DNA of 64,000 nt from Deinococcus sp. (GTDB taxonomy: Bacteria; Deinococcota; Deinococci; Deinococcales; Deinococcaceae), in assembly GCA_965261005.1 (NCBI GenBank), contig OZ253375.1:1152001-1216000 (forward strand), in the 5' to 3' direction. The translations under genes and the position numbers were made by a program. Within the stretch, counting starts at the first letter, position 1. Every line of letters starts with the position of its first letter. Shown here one piece after another: positions 29,030 through 39,235 of this stretch. Below the pieces are notes generated by a model. That model was not told the DNA's origin. It saw nothing but the letters and a program-made list of their open reading frames with translations, and did no database searches.

Positions 29030-29372
29030 CCTCACCAAGGTGGTGTGGGTAGGGCGCCAGCAGGTGGGGCATTTCGCGTTTTCGGCGCCAATGGGTGGAG
29101 ACCAGCGGCGCCGGGTAATCCAGCCACACCAAGATGTCGGCGCGCGTCCAAGCGAGGTCGCGCGCTTGGGCGTACACGCCGTCTAGCACCCAAGCGCCTT
29201 GGGCGGTCAACGCCTCCATGCGGGCGCGAAAACACTCGGGCGACGCTTCGCGCCAACCCGCCTCGTGGTACCAAGCGTTTTGCTCGCCGTGTGGCACCTT
29301 AAAACGGTCGGCTAGCGCTCGTGCCAACGTCGTCTTGCCGCTGCCCGTCGTGGCGAGCGCCCGGCTTCTCAC
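29030..29372 (-). pseudogene. Decayed P-loop kinase (adenylate kinase / topology-modulation-like)
   Basis: TTGSGKTTLARAL, WVLDGVY, RADILVWLDY. N-terminus is degenerate, an internal segment appears missing, and it abuts ISAs1. Confidence 0.65.
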
Positions 29373-29382
29373 CAACTTGGCC

Positions 29383-30581
29383 CAGGGCTGACGCATCAAA
29401 AGGAGGTTGGGTAGGCTGGGAGGGTGAACGAGGAGCAATTGCGGTTAGCGGTGGAGCATTTTGGGATGTTGCCGGACCCACGGATAGAGCGGACAAAGGC
29501 ACACCCGTTGGTGAACGTGGTGGTAATCGCGCTGTGCGCGGTGCTTTCGGATGCCGAGAGTTTCTACGACATCGCAGACTTCGGTGAACTCAAGCGCGAC
29601 TGGCTCTCCAGCTTCCTCGACCTGTCCTGTGGCATCCCCTCGCACGACACCTTCGGCCGGGTCTTCGCGCGACTCGACCCCCTGCACTTCCAGCGTTGTG
29701 TCCTCGACTGGATCAGGTCGGCCATCGGCGGCAGCTTGACCCCCGAAGACGTTTTGGCGATTGACGGCAAGCAACTGCGCGGCTCCGCGCGTGACGACGT
29801 CAGAGCCGTTCACATGCTCAACGTTTGGTCCCATCAGCACGGTTTGTGCTTGATCAGCACGGCGGTGGACGGCAAAAGCAACGAGATCACCGCGCTGCCA
29901 AGCGTGCTCGACACCCTCTCGCTGCTGGAACTCTCGGGTTGCATCATCACGGTGGACGCCCTGAACACCCAACGCGAAGTCGCCCGTAAGGTCATCGAAT
30001 ACCAGGCCAACTACGTGATGGCGCTCAAGGACAACCAGCCCAAGCTCAGCGAGGACGTCCGCTGGCTCTTCGAGGACGCTGAGCAACACGGCTTCGCGCA
30101 GGTCGAGCACGACCAGTTCGAGACGTGCGAGCGTGGACACGGACGGGAAGAAACGCGGCGTTGCGAGCTGCTGTCCGACGTGTCATATCTGGAAGACCAC
30201 CGCTGGCCGGGCCTCCAGAGCGTGGCGCGCGTGACCTGCATCCGAACGCTGAAGGGCAAGACCAGCAGTGAGACGCGCTACTACCTCACCAGCTTGGAAA
30301 CCGACGCGAAAAAGGTGCTGCATGCAGTCAGAACACATTGGGAGGTGGAGAACAAGCTGCACTGGAGCTTGGACGTGGTCTTCGGCGAGGACAGCCACCG
30401 CTATGCCAAGGACCACGGTCCTGAAAACATGGCCGTGCTGCGCCAACTTGCCCTCAACCTGCTCAAGCTCAATCCCAGCAAGGGGAGCCTCAAAGGTAAG
30501 CGTAAAAAAGCCGCTTGGGACGATACCTTCCGCGCCGCCCTCCTCGCTCCCCTTGCCCAAAATTAAGATGCGTCAGCCCTG
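29383..30581 (+). mobile_element. ISAs1-family insertion sequence, 1199 bp
   Basis: Perfect 15-bp TIR CAGGGCTGACGCATC; 10-bp TSD CAACTTGGCC at 29373-29382 and 30582-30591. Confidence 0.97.
29424..30566 (+). CDS. ISAs1-family DDE transposase
   Basis: LPDPR, GIPSHDTF, AIDGK, KSNEI, TVDAL, LKDNQ, HWEVENKLHWSLDV. Confidence 0.97.
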   Translation: MNEEQLRLAVEHFGMLPDPRIERTKAHPLVNVVVIALCAVLSDAESFYDIADFGELKRDWLSSFLDLSCGIPSHDTFGRVFARLDPLHFQRCVLDWIRSAIGGSLTPEDVLAIDGKQLRGSARDDVRAVHMLNVWSHQHGLCLISTAVDGKSNEITALPSVLDTLSLLELSGCIITVDALNTQREVARKVIEYQANYVMALKDNQPKLSEDVRWLFEDAEQHGFAQVEHDQFETCERGHGREETRRCELLSDVSYLEDHRWPGLQSVARVTCIRTLKGKTSSETRYYLTSLETDAKKVLHAVRTHWEVENKLHWSLDVVFGEDSHRYAKDHGPENMAVLRQLALNLLKLNPSKGSLKGKRKKAAWDDTFRAALLAPLAQN

Positions 30582-30727
30582 CAACTTGGCCCCGGTCCCG
30601 CTCTAAATTCAGATTTATATGAGTATAATATTAAGGCAATTTTTATCCTGCCTTTATAAATAAGGCTTAAGTGAAGATTTATCTCATAAGTTCGCTTTTT
30701 GTCTCAAAATTCCTTCATAATACGGGC

Positions 30728-32017
30728 ATGGAAGCTGAATGGGTACACCTGCGTCAAGCCCTCGACGAGGGGCGCTACGCGCAAGTCTGGGACGCTCTGC
30801 TGGTTCAGAGGCCGGGCGAGCCGGAGGCGCTGGCACTGCTGGGCATCAGCGGTCTGCGTTTGACGCTGCACGCCGAGGCCGACGAACCGTTGCGCCGCGC
30901 TTACGAGGCGGGCCATCTGGAAGCGGGGGTGGAGTACGGCAACAACCTGCGCGCCCTCGGCCGGCTGGACGAGGCCACCCGCGTGTTTAAGAACATCGAG
31001 CCGCGCGTGTCCGGCGAACTGCTGTGGCGTCTGGAACGCTGGTGGGGCGTCAGCGAGTTCTTTCTGGGCAACGCGACCTCGGGCCTCGCGCGCGTCGAGT
31101 CCTCGTATCGGCACTACTCGGAGGCGGGCGAGCGCGCCGTGGCGGCGCGGCTGCTGCGCACGCTGGGTGTGCTGCACGAACACCTGGGCTTGCTGGAGCG
31201 CGCGGCGACTTTGTACCGCGAGGCGCTGGGCGACCTTCCGGCGGCACCCTTTCCCATGCTGCGTTTTGGCGCCCTGCAAAACCTGCTGAACGTGCAGCTG
31301 CAACTCGGCGACTTGGACGCGGCGGCCAGCACGGCGCGCGAAGCCTGCTCGCTCGCCCTTCAGGTGGACTCCGTGGCGGACCGCGCCTATCTGCACACCT
31401 CCTTGTCGAGCTTGGCCCAGATTCAGGGCCTGCGTGACCAGCACCGCTGGCACCTGGAACAGGCGCGCCGCCTGAGCGGTGGGCACGGCGACGCCCAACT
31501 GCACCTGTGGCTGACCATCGCCACGGCCACCGAACACTTGCTCGCCGGCGACGTGGGCGCGGCGGACGGCGAAATCGAACGCGCCGCCGAAGCGCAGGGC
31601 TGGGCACCCCAACTGCTGCTGCTGCGCGGCCTGGTCGCTCGGGAACGCGGCGACTTGGCGGCGGCCACGGGCTACCAGCGCGTGGCCGCCGACGTGTTCA
31701 CGGCCCGCCGGCTGGGCGGGGAGCGCGCTGAGGCGCTGCTGCACCTGATGGACACGCTGCACGCGTCGGGCGAGCTGGAAGCGGCGCGCGCCACCCTGCG
31801 CGAGCTGTTGTCCGGCACCGGCCCCACGCGCCTTCAGATCGCCTCACGCCTGCACGACCACACCTTGCGCGGCGCGGCGCGCCTGCTGCGGGAAGTGGCC
31901 GCAGACCCGGAATTCGCGCCGCTGCTGAATCCGATTCTGCGCGACGTGAACGCGCGCCGCGCGGCCTTGGAAACCGCCGCCCTGGCAACACGGCCAGGAC
32001 CGTGCGCGTCGGCCTGA
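30728..32017 (+). CDS. Tetratricopeptide-repeat protein
   Basis: Ala/Leu-rich helical repeats (YGNNLRALGRLDEA, LGVLHEHLG); preceded by an AT-rich intergenic stretch. Confidence 0.75.
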   Translation: MEAEWVHLRQALDEGRYAQVWDALLVQRPGEPEALALLGISGLRLTLHAEADEPLRRAYEAGHLEAGVEYGNNLRALGRLDEATRVFKNIEPRVSGELLWRLERWWGVSEFFLGNATSGLARVESSYRHYSEAGERAVAARLLRTLGVLHEHLGLLERAATLYREALGDLPAAPFPMLRFGALQNLLNVQLQLGDLDAAASTAREACSLALQVDSVADRAYLHTSLSSLAQIQGLRDQHRWHLEQARRLSGGHGDAQLHLWLTIATATEHLLAGDVGAADGEIERAAEAQGWAPQLLLLRGLVARERGDLAAATGYQRVAADVFTARRLGGERAEALLHLMDTLHASGELEAARATLRELLSGTGPTRLQIASRLHDHTLRGAARLLREVAADPEFAPLLNPILRDVNARRAALETAALATRPGPCASA

Positions 32018-32460
32018 TTGCGGACACGCACGGGCTGCTGCGGGAGCAGGCCGTGGCAGCGCTGCGCGGCAGCGAGCTGATCCTGCACGCCGGGGATGTG
32101 GGCGGGCCGGAGCTTCTGGAGCGTCTGCGCGACCTCGCCCCGACCCTGTGCGTGCGCGGCAACACCGACCGGGGCGAGTGGGCGCGCAAAGCGCCGCAGA
32201 CGCTGACCCACGAGGTTGGCGGCGTCAAGCTGTTCATGCTGCACGACCTTGGGGCGCTCGACTTCTCCCCCGAGGAGGCCGGCTTTGGGGTCGTGGTCAG
32301 CGGGCACTCGCACGTGCCGAAGGTCTTCGAGCGGGCCGGCGCGCTCTACGTCAACCCCGGCAGCGCGGGCCGGCGGCGTTTCAAGCTGCCGGTGAGCGTG
32401 GCCGTGCTGGACATCGGAGGCGGGCAGGTTCGGGCCGAACTCATCCCCTTGGAGACGTAG
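32002..32460 (+). CDS. YfcE-family metallophosphoesterase
   Basis: ADTHG, HAGD, RGNTD, GHSH, NPGS. Confidence 0.93.
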   Translation: MRVGLIADTHGLLREQAVAALRGSELILHAGDVGGPELLERLRDLAPTLCVRGNTDRGEWARKAPQTLTHEVGGVKLFMLHDLGALDFSPEEAGFGVVVSGHSHVPKVFERAGALYVNPGSAGRRRFKLPVSVAVLDIGGGQVRAELIPLET

Positions 32461-32500
32461 CTCGCGCGCCAACCCCGTATGCTGAGCGCAGGAGGTTTCC

Positions 32501-32692
32501 ATGAGCGAACCGGACCCGTCCGCGCCCCAAGCGGCGGAGCCGCAGCACCGACCCGAGGGCGGCCATCCCAGCGGCGCCGACATCGAGGAGGTGCTGCGCG
32601 AAGACGACGTGGCCGAGCTGCCGCCCGCCCGCGAGGGCGTGGACAAAAGCTCGCCGGTCATTCCCCGCACCGGCGAGACGCACCAGCACTGA
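32501..32692 (+). CDS. Small acidic hypothetical protein
   Basis: AGGAGG RBS, host-like codon usage. Confidence 0.6.
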   Translation: MSEPDPSAPQAAEPQHRPEGGHPSGADIEEVLREDDVAELPPAREGVDKSSPVIPRTGETHQH

Positions 32693-32802
32693 GCGCCATT
32701 CTGGGTGGCGGCGAACAAAGTAAACGCGGGGTCTAGCCTTTTTGAACGCCGCTTTGAACCGCCTCGCGGTCTTTTCACGAGTTGGCCAGAAACACTGGGG
32801 GC

Positions 32803-33054
32803 ATGACCCAGCCACAACGCGGGGGCCGCTTTTCCGTCACCACCCGTATCGGCGTGGCCGTGTTCGCCGGCGTCTTTTTGCTGGCGCTGGCCATCTACTC
32901 GCTCTACAGCCTGATCACCGTCCCCATGCCCGCCACCACCACCGCAACCCTGGTAAGCTGCCTTCAGACCAAGAACATTCCCTTCACCCAGAGCGGCGAC
33001 ACCGTCTACGTGCAGTACCGCTACAGCCGCTCTGCGCAGCGGGCGTGCTACTGA
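32803..33054 (+). CDS. Small single-TM hypothetical protein
   Basis: One TM helix, two Cys, GC3-rich codons. Confidence 0.6.
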   Translation: MTQPQRGGRFSVTTRIGVAVFAGVFLLALAIYSLYSLITVPMPATTTATLVSCLQTKNIPFTQSGDTVYVQYRYSRSAQRACY

Positions 33055-33085
33055 CGGCGAATGGCGAATACGCTACCGTAGCGGC

Positions 33086-33364
33086 ATGTCCCCCAACAGC
33101 GACGCGCCGCAGCCGGACACCATAGCCCCCGGAACCACGGCTCCTGCCGGCGAGACGACCGATTCCTACGCCCGCAAGCTGAGCCTCGCCTTGATGAGCG
33201 TGCTGCGCGACAAGGGGCTGCTCGACGACGCGGACCTCCACACCATTTTGATGGCGGTGGACCGCAGCGTGCGCGCCGAACGCGAGGCGCTCGCGGGGCG
33301 GTCCCCCAAGGTCAACCCCGGCCCGCCCGCCGGCAGCCCGCCCCCGATTGACATGGAACTGTAA
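33086..33364 (+). CDS. Hypothetical protein
   Basis: Host-like codon usage; fills the gap between neighbouring genes. Confidence 0.55.
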   Translation: MSPNSDAPQPDTIAPGTTAPAGETTDSYARKLSLALMSVLRDKGLLDDADLHTILMAVDRSVRAEREALAGRSPKVNPGPPAGSPPPIDMEL

Positions 33365-33382
33365 ATTGGCTGGGCCTCAAGC

Positions 33383-34549
33383 TCATGGGCGGTAGCGTTG
33401 ATAGCGCCTCACCCAGCGGCCGTCCACGGCGTGCTTGAGGCCCAGCAGCGGCGGGCCGCGCAGCCACAGCGGGCCGGCCGCCAGCACGCCCTCGGGGCGG
33501 CCGGTGGAGAGGATGTACGACGCCAGCGGGTACGGGCGAAAGGGGGCCAGGCGCACGCCGCTGGGGTCGGCGCCGCGCCGCGCCGCCTCCAGCAGCCGGT
33601 CCACGTTATGGCGCAGGGTGTAGCCCTGCTTCACGGCGTTCACGCCCGAGCGGTCGAGCTTGGGCAGGCCCCGCACCGCCACCGCGTCCCCGGCCGCCAA
33701 CAGCCAGGGGTGGCCCGGCACGCGCAAATCGCGCTCCACCCGCAGAAAGCCCTTTTGGTCGTGCGGGAGGCCCGCCCGCGCAAACAGCGGTTGGCCCGCC
33801 GTGCCGGTGGCCCACACGGTCAGGTCTTGCGGCAGCCGCCCGCCGTCCTTGAGAACCACGGCGCCCCCTTCAATTCTCGCCACGGGGCTGTTCAGGCGCA
33901 CGTCCACGCCGCCCTCGCGCAACAAGCTCAGCAGGTGTGCGCCCATGCCGGCGGGGAACTGCGGGGTCAGGCGGTCGTCGGCGGCGATCAGGCTGACCCG
34001 CACCGCCCCTTCCCGCGCGCCGCGCAGGCGGGCCGCCACGTTGAGGGCCAACTCGACCCCGGCCGGTCCGCCGCCGACGATGACCAGCGAGCGCGGCAGT
34101 CCCGCACTCAACCTCCCCTGCCCCAGCACGTCGCGCAGCCAAGCCTCGACGCGCTCCACGTGGCGAATCGGCTTGGTCGGGGCGGCCCCCTCGGCCTGGT
34201 CCCGCAGCGGGTTCAGGGCGCCAATGTCAAACACCGCGAGGTCACACCGGACCTCCTCGCCGCCCTCAAGGCGCACCGAGCGCCGACCGGGGTCCAGGGC
34301 GACTGCGCGGCCCGGCAGGTAGGCCACGCCCGCCGCCAAGCACCAGCGCAGCAGGTCAATGCGCAACTCGTCCAAATCGAACACGCCGCCCAAGTGTTCG
34401 GGCATGCGGCCCGAGTAATACAGAAAGCGGTCGTCGTTGACCAGCGTGACCCGCACGCCGGCCCTAATCCAGCGGCGCGTCCCCGCCAGCACGGCAATGG
34501 TCGCGTGGCCCCCGCCGACGATCAGCAGGTGCGGTGGCCCGGCCGGCAC
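33383..34549 (-). CDS. FAD-dependent pyridine nucleotide-disulfide oxidoreductase (SelD N-terminal-like)
   Basis: VGGGHA, YYSG, VGGGPAGVELA, LAAGD, GVNAVKQG. Confidence 0.85.
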   Translation of the reverse strand: MPAGPPHLLIVGGGHATIAVLAGTRRWIRAGVRVTLVNDDRFLYYSGRMPEHLGGVFDLDELRIDLLRWCLAAGVAYLPGRAVALDPGRRSVRLEGGEEVRCDLAVFDIGALNPLRDQAEGAAPTKPIRHVERVEAWLRDVLGQGRLSAGLPRSLVIVGGGPAGVELALNVAARLRGAREGAVRVSLIAADDRLTPQFPAGMGAHLLSLLREGGVDVRLNSPVARIEGGAVVLKDGGRLPQDLTVWATGTAGQPLFARAGLPHDQKGFLRVERDLRVPGHPWLLAAGDAVAVRGLPKLDRSGVNAVKQGYTLRHNVDRLLEAARRGADPSGVRLAPFRPYPLASYILSTGRPEGVLAAGPLWLRGPPLLGLKHAVDGRWVRRYQRYRP

Positions 34550-34552
34550 GAA

Positions 34553-34744
34553 TCAGCCGTCCTCGTTGTCCAACTCAATGCCCTGCTTGGGTTCCCGGCT
34601 TTGCAGCAGCTTGGCCGCCTGCTCGGTGGGCGTCTGGTTACCCTCGCCCCGCGCCTCTTCCCCGCTGGGCGCGGTGGCATTGGGTACGGTGGACTGCACG
34701 ATCTCGCCCTCTTGCCGCCCCGTCTCGTTCTCCGCGTCGTTCAT
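34553..34744 (-). CDS. Small acidic hypothetical protein
   Basis: AAGGAGG RBS, 63 aa. Confidence 0.55.
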   Translation of the reverse strand: MNDAENETGRQEGEIVQSTVPNATAPSGEEARGEGNQTPTEQAAKLLQSREPKQGIELDNEDG

Positions 34745-34820
34745 GTCGCCTCCTTTTGCGGCAGTCTGGCCCAGGGCGCCCGCACACGGGTCAGAGCCGC
34801 ATGAAGCCGGACTTCACCCG

Positions 34821-36143
34821 TCAACTGTTTTGACCGGCCAGGTGTTCCGGCCAATCGAAGGGGAGCGCCACCCGCGCCCGCGTGCCGCCGCCTTCCCTGG
34901 CCTCCAGACGCACCCGGCCGCCGTGCGACTCGGCGACCTCGCGCACCACCGCCAGCCCCAGCCCGAAGCCCTCGGTCCGGTCGGCGCTGCCCACCTCGCC
35001 GCGCCGAAACGGCTCGAACAGCGCGTCCGTGCCGGCGGGCAGGCCCACGCCGGTGTCCTCGACGATCAGCTCGGCGCCCAGCGCCTGCTTGATGACCTGC
35101 ACGCGCACCTCGCCCCGCGCGGTGAACTTGAGCGCGTTGCCCACCAGGTTCTCAATCAGGCGGGTGAGCAGGGCGGAATCGGCGCGGATCACGGCCGGGT
35201 CGCCGCCCAGCAGCAGATCGAGGCCCTTGCCCACCGCCAGCGGCTGCAAGCGGTCCACCACGTCGCCCGCCACCGCCAGCACGTCGGTCGGCATGCGCTC
35301 GGGCGCGCGGCCCGCCCGCGTGAGCGTGAGCAAGTCGGCGGTCAATTCGCGCAGGCGGGTGGCCGAGCGGGCCGCGCGCCCCAGGGCCGCGCGCTGCTCC
35401 GGCTCGGGACGCGGCCGGGACAGGGTCAGCTCCAAGTCGGCCAGCAGCGCCGTGACCGGGGTGCGCAGCTCGTGCGAGGCATTGGCCAGAAAGCGCGCTT
35501 CGCGCTCGCGCTGCTCGCGCAACTCGGCGAAGCTGAGGTCGAGGGCGCGCGCGAGGTCGCCCACCTCGTCGCCGGCGCCCAAATTGGGCACCGGCTCGAC
35601 TGCCGTGGGCCGCCGCACCCGCCCGGCCAATTGTTCGAGCGGCGCCAGCGCGCGGCGCACCGCGTAGGCCGTGACGGCCCCGGCGAGGGCGGCCAGCATC
35701 AGGCCGCTCAGGGCCACCGCCGCCGTGTAGCGCGCGATGGTGCGCCGCAGCGGGGTCACGCTGCGCGCCACGACCACCCGCAGCGGGCCGGCCTCGCGGC
35801 TGGCAACCACGAAGCCGCCGCGAACGAGAACGCCGCTGCCCGCCGGCGCCAAGGCGCGCAGGCTGGCGTTCACCGCGCCGCCCGACCACACCTGGCGGCC
35901 CGCCAGGTACACCGCCGCCCCGGGCGCCACCCCGCCCCGGTACAGCACAGCCGCCGCCCCCGGCAAGGTGGCGCCGGCGCCGCCGGCCAGCGCGAACAGC
36001 GCCTCGGCCTGAGCGCGCACCTCCGCGCGCACGGCGTCCACCTCCGCGCGCCACAGCAGGGCGCCCGTCAGCGTCGCGAGGCCCAGCAAGGTAAGCAGCG
36101 TGACCCCGACCGAGAGCAGCGTGAGCTTGGCGCGCAGCTTCAT
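34821..36143 (-). CDS. Sensor histidine kinase (HAMP-HisKA-HATPase)
   Basis: ASHELRTP H-box, NLVGNALKF, EDTGVG, GFGLGL. Confidence 0.95.
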   Translation of the reverse strand: MKLRAKLTLLSVGVTLLTLLGLATLTGALLWRAEVDAVRAEVRAQAEALFALAGGAGATLPGAAAVLYRGGVAPGAAVYLAGRQVWSGGAVNASLRALAPAGSGVLVRGGFVVASREAGPLRVVVARSVTPLRRTIARYTAAVALSGLMLAALAGAVTAYAVRRALAPLEQLAGRVRRPTAVEPVPNLGAGDEVGDLARALDLSFAELREQREREARFLANASHELRTPVTALLADLELTLSRPRPEPEQRAALGRAARSATRLRELTADLLTLTRAGRAPERMPTDVLAVAGDVVDRLQPLAVGKGLDLLLGGDPAVIRADSALLTRLIENLVGNALKFTARGEVRVQVIKQALGAELIVEDTGVGLPAGTDALFEPFRRGEVGSADRTEGFGLGLAVVREVAESHGGRVRLEAREGGGTRARVALPFDWPEHLAGQNS

Positions 36144-36217
36144 GGGGACAAGCTAGCGCTGCAAGAAGGATTGCTTTGTCGGGAACATCCGTGGGTGTGG
36201 GGAGTCTTGAACATTTT

Positions 36218-39200
36218 TCAGCCCTGAGGAGAAACGAGCCGCTCATAAACCTGCTTCGCCAGGGCCTCACTGATGGCTGACCTGAACTCATTTTCACCCA
36301 TGAACCGAGAAAAAATTTCCTCGTTGGTGTCCATGCGCTCAATAAACAGCGCTTCCAGAAGTTGTTTGAACACCAGTTGAAACTTCTCCAACGTGTTCGC
36401 CCGGGCCACCTGCTCAAGCTGCCCGTCGCGCACGGCGGCCTCAACGATCTGATCGAAGAAGAGCTGATCGGCCTCGTTGAAATCGGTGCCGAAGCGGTCG
36501 TTGATTAGGCTAATGAGCTTGGAAAGCTGAACCGCCTCGTCTTTGACCACGCCTGTTCCCACTTCGCCAGGACCGCTTAAGCTGGCGGCACGGCCCCCCG
36601 ACAAGTCAATAGACCCCTCGCTGATTTTCTGGAGGCGGAAGTATTCCAGCCTGATCTGTTCGTCAAATTGATAGCCTGCTCCCACCGCGCGGCGCGGCAG
36701 TTTAAGGGCCAGGTAGCGCAGGTACACGTAAAGCTGCTCCAGGTCGCCGTCTTGATAGGGGATGATCTGAGACAGGAAGCCGTATAGGTTACGAAACGCC
36801 TGCACCTGCCCCCGCCACAGCTCTGCATCTTCTGCATGGTTTTTGAGCAGCGCCGCGAAACGGTCCACGGCGGGATCGAGCAGGGCGTTCAGGGCGCGGT
36901 GATCCGCCGGACTTTGGCGCGGGCGGGGCCGAAAATAAATCTCGGCAAAGCGCTCTACCTCGGACAGGAGGAAAATTCCCCGGTCACTCAGCTTGGCCTG
37001 CAATTCGTACAGATGGGCGGGTTCCACCTCGTCGCCCATCTCTGCGCCCTCGTAAAACTGCTTGAACGCCTCGTGCATGTCCTCGCGCTTGTTGATGAAA
37101 TCCAGCACGAAGGTGTCTTCCTTAAGCGGATGCACACGGTTGAGCCGTGAGAGCGTTTGCACCGCCTGAATGCCGCCCAAGCGCTTGTTGATGTACATGG
37201 AATGCAGCAGCGGCTCGTCAAAGCCCGTCTGGTACTTCTCGGCCACCAACAGCAACTGATATTCCTCCGAGGCGAAGCGTTCGGGCAGTTCGCGCTCGCG
37301 GATGCCGCCGTTCATCTCCGGTTCGGTGTACGTCTTGCCCAGAATCTGATCGTCCAGCACCGTGCCCGAAAAGGCCACCAGCGTCCTGATAGGATAGCCC
37401 TTCTCACGGATGTACCGATCAAAGCTCTGCTTGAAGCGCACGGCTTCCAAGCGTGACGCCGTGACCACCATCGCCTTGGCCCGCCCGCCGATCTTGTGGC
37501 GGGTCACCGCTTGAAAGTGCTCCACGATAATCTCGGTTTTCTGCGCGACGTTGTGCGGATGAAGTCGCATGTAGCGTGCCAGCGCCCTGGCCGCTTTTTT
37601 GCGCTCGACGTTCGGATCGTCCTCGGTGGCCTTGAGCAGCTTGTAATACGCCTTGTAAGTCGTGTAATTCCACAGCACGTCCAGAATGAAGCCCTCGTCA
37701 ATGGCTTGGCGCATGGTGTATCGGTCGTACGGTTCGCCGGCCTGCCCAAACACCGCCAGCGTTTTGTATTTGGGCGTGGCCGTGAACGCAAAAAAGCTCA
37801 GGTTGGCCTGCTGGCCGCGCCGCGCCATGCTGCGGTACAGCTCTGAAAGATCCGGCCGCCCTTCCCCCTGCGCTTCACGTCGGGCCGCGTCCAGCATGTC
37901 CTCACCGCCCAGCACGCCCTTCAGGTCAGTGGCCGTCTCGCCCGATTGAGAACTATGCGCCTCGTCAATAATCACCGCGTAGCGCCGGGTGGGCAGCAGG
38001 CCAGAGACGGCCTCGCCGCGCTCCTCGGCCAGCTTCAAGAGTTGCTGAGACACGAACGGAAACTTTTGCAGCGTCGTGATGATGATCGGCACGCCGCCTT
38101 CCAGCGCCCACGCCAGTTGCCGTGAGTCTGAGTCAATCTTCAGCACCACACCCTGCCGGTGCTCAAACTGGTAGATGGTGTCCTGCAACTGCTTGTCCAG
38201 CACCAAGCGATCCGTGATCACCACCACGCTGTCAAACACCCGCGCGTCACTTGCCGTGTGCAGCGACGACAGGCGGTGGGCCAGCCAGGCAATCGTATTG
38301 CTCTTGCCGCTGCCCGCCGAATGCTCAATGAGGTAGTTGTGCCCCACACCCTGCGCGACCGCGTCGGCCACCAAACGCCGCACCGCCCGCAACTGGTGAT
38401 AACGCGGAAAGATCATGCTCTCGGCCCGCACCTTCTTGCCGTCGGGGGTGAAGCGCTCCTTGACCTGAAGGTGCAAGAAGCGCGCCAGGATGTCCAGCAG
38501 GCTGTCGCGCGCCAGCACCTCTTCCCAGAGGTACGCCGTGCGGTAATCGCGCCCCTCTCTATCCGGCGGATTGCCCGCGCCGCCGCCGTTGCCCCGGTTA
38601 AACGGCAAAAACTGGGTGGCGTCCCCGGCCAGGCGCGTGGTCATCTGCACCGTGTCGGGGTCGGCGGCAAAATGCACCAGCGTCCGCTTGCCAAAGTCAA
38701 ACAGGCGCTCTCTTGGATCGCGGTCACGGCGGTACTGCGCCACGGCGTCGGCGGTGGTCTGCCCGGTGATGGGATTCTTGAGTTCCACCGTCACCACAGG
38801 CAGGCCATTGACCGACAGCACCAGGTCAAGCGACTCCCCACCGCTGGGGCTGTAGCGAAGCTGGCGCGTCAGGCCCAAGCGGTTGCGCCCGTAGCGCTCG
38901 GCCAGTTCGGGGTTCAGGCCATGCGCCGCCCGGAAGTAGGCCACCCGCAGCGTGCGCCCGTAGCACTTGAAGCCGTGACGCAAGGTGGAGAGCATCCCGT
39001 GACCATCCAGCCAGCGCACCAAATCGCCCAACACCCGTTCGCCCGTTTGCTCGCCGTGCAGGGCCTCCAGCTTGGCCCAGGTCTGCGGCTGGGTGGCCCG
39101 GATAAAGTCCAGAACCGCCGCCGGAAACAGCGCCCGTTCGTGGTCATAGCCTTCACGCGGTTGAACGATGTAGCCGCCCGCCAGCAGGGTCTGTTCGAGG

Positions 39201-39235
39201 GCCGATTCAAAGGCGGCTTCGGAGTGAACGGTCAT
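36218..39235 (-). CDS. hsdR: Type I restriction endonuclease subunit R
   Basis: D...VELKNP nuclease motif, HSAGSGKS Walker A, IDEAH, FTATP, QTGFD, QTLSRLNR. Confidence 0.95.
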   Translation of the reverse strand: MTVHSEAAFESALEQTLLAGGYIVQPREGYDHERALFPAAVLDFIRATQPQTWAKLEALHGEQTGERVLGDLVRWLDGHGMLSTLRHGFKCYGRTLRVAYFRAAHGLNPELAERYGRNRLGLTRQLRYSPSGGESLDLVLSVNGLPVVTVELKNPITGQTTADAVAQYRRDRDPRERLFDFGKRTLVHFAADPDTVQMTTRLAGDATQFLPFNRGNGGGAGNPPDREGRDYRTAYLWEEVLARDSLLDILARFLHLQVKERFTPDGKKVRAESMIFPRYHQLRAVRRLVADAVAQGVGHNYLIEHSAGSGKSNTIAWLAHRLSSLHTASDARVFDSVVVITDRLVLDKQLQDTIYQFEHRQGVVLKIDSDSRQLAWALEGGVPIIITTLQKFPFVSQQLLKLAEERGEAVSGLLPTRRYAVIIDEAHSSQSGETATDLKGVLGGEDMLDAARREAQGEGRPDLSELYRSMARRGQQANLSFFAFTATPKYKTLAVFGQAGEPYDRYTMRQAIDEGFILDVLWNYTTYKAYYKLLKATEDDPNVERKKAARALARYMRLHPHNVAQKTEIIVEHFQAVTRHKIGGRAKAMVVTASRLEAVRFKQSFDRYIREKGYPIRTLVAFSGTVLDDQILGKTYTEPEMNGGIRERELPERFASEEYQLLLVAEKYQTGFDEPLLHSMYINKRLGGIQAVQTLSRLNRVHPLKEDTFVLDFINKREDMHEAFKQFYEGAEMGDEVEPAHLYELQAKLSDRGIFLLSEVERFAEIYFRPRPRQSPADHRALNALLDPAVDRFAALLKNHAEDAELWRGQVQAFRNLYGFLSQIIPYQDGDLEQLYVYLRYLALKLPRRAVGAGYQFDEQIRLEYFRLQKISEGSIDLSGGRAASLSGPGEVGTGVVKDEAVQLSKLISLINDRFGTDFNEADQLFFDQIVEAAVRDGQLEQVARANTLEKFQLVFKQLLEALFIERMDTNEEIFSRFMGENEFRSAISEALAKQVYERLVSPQG

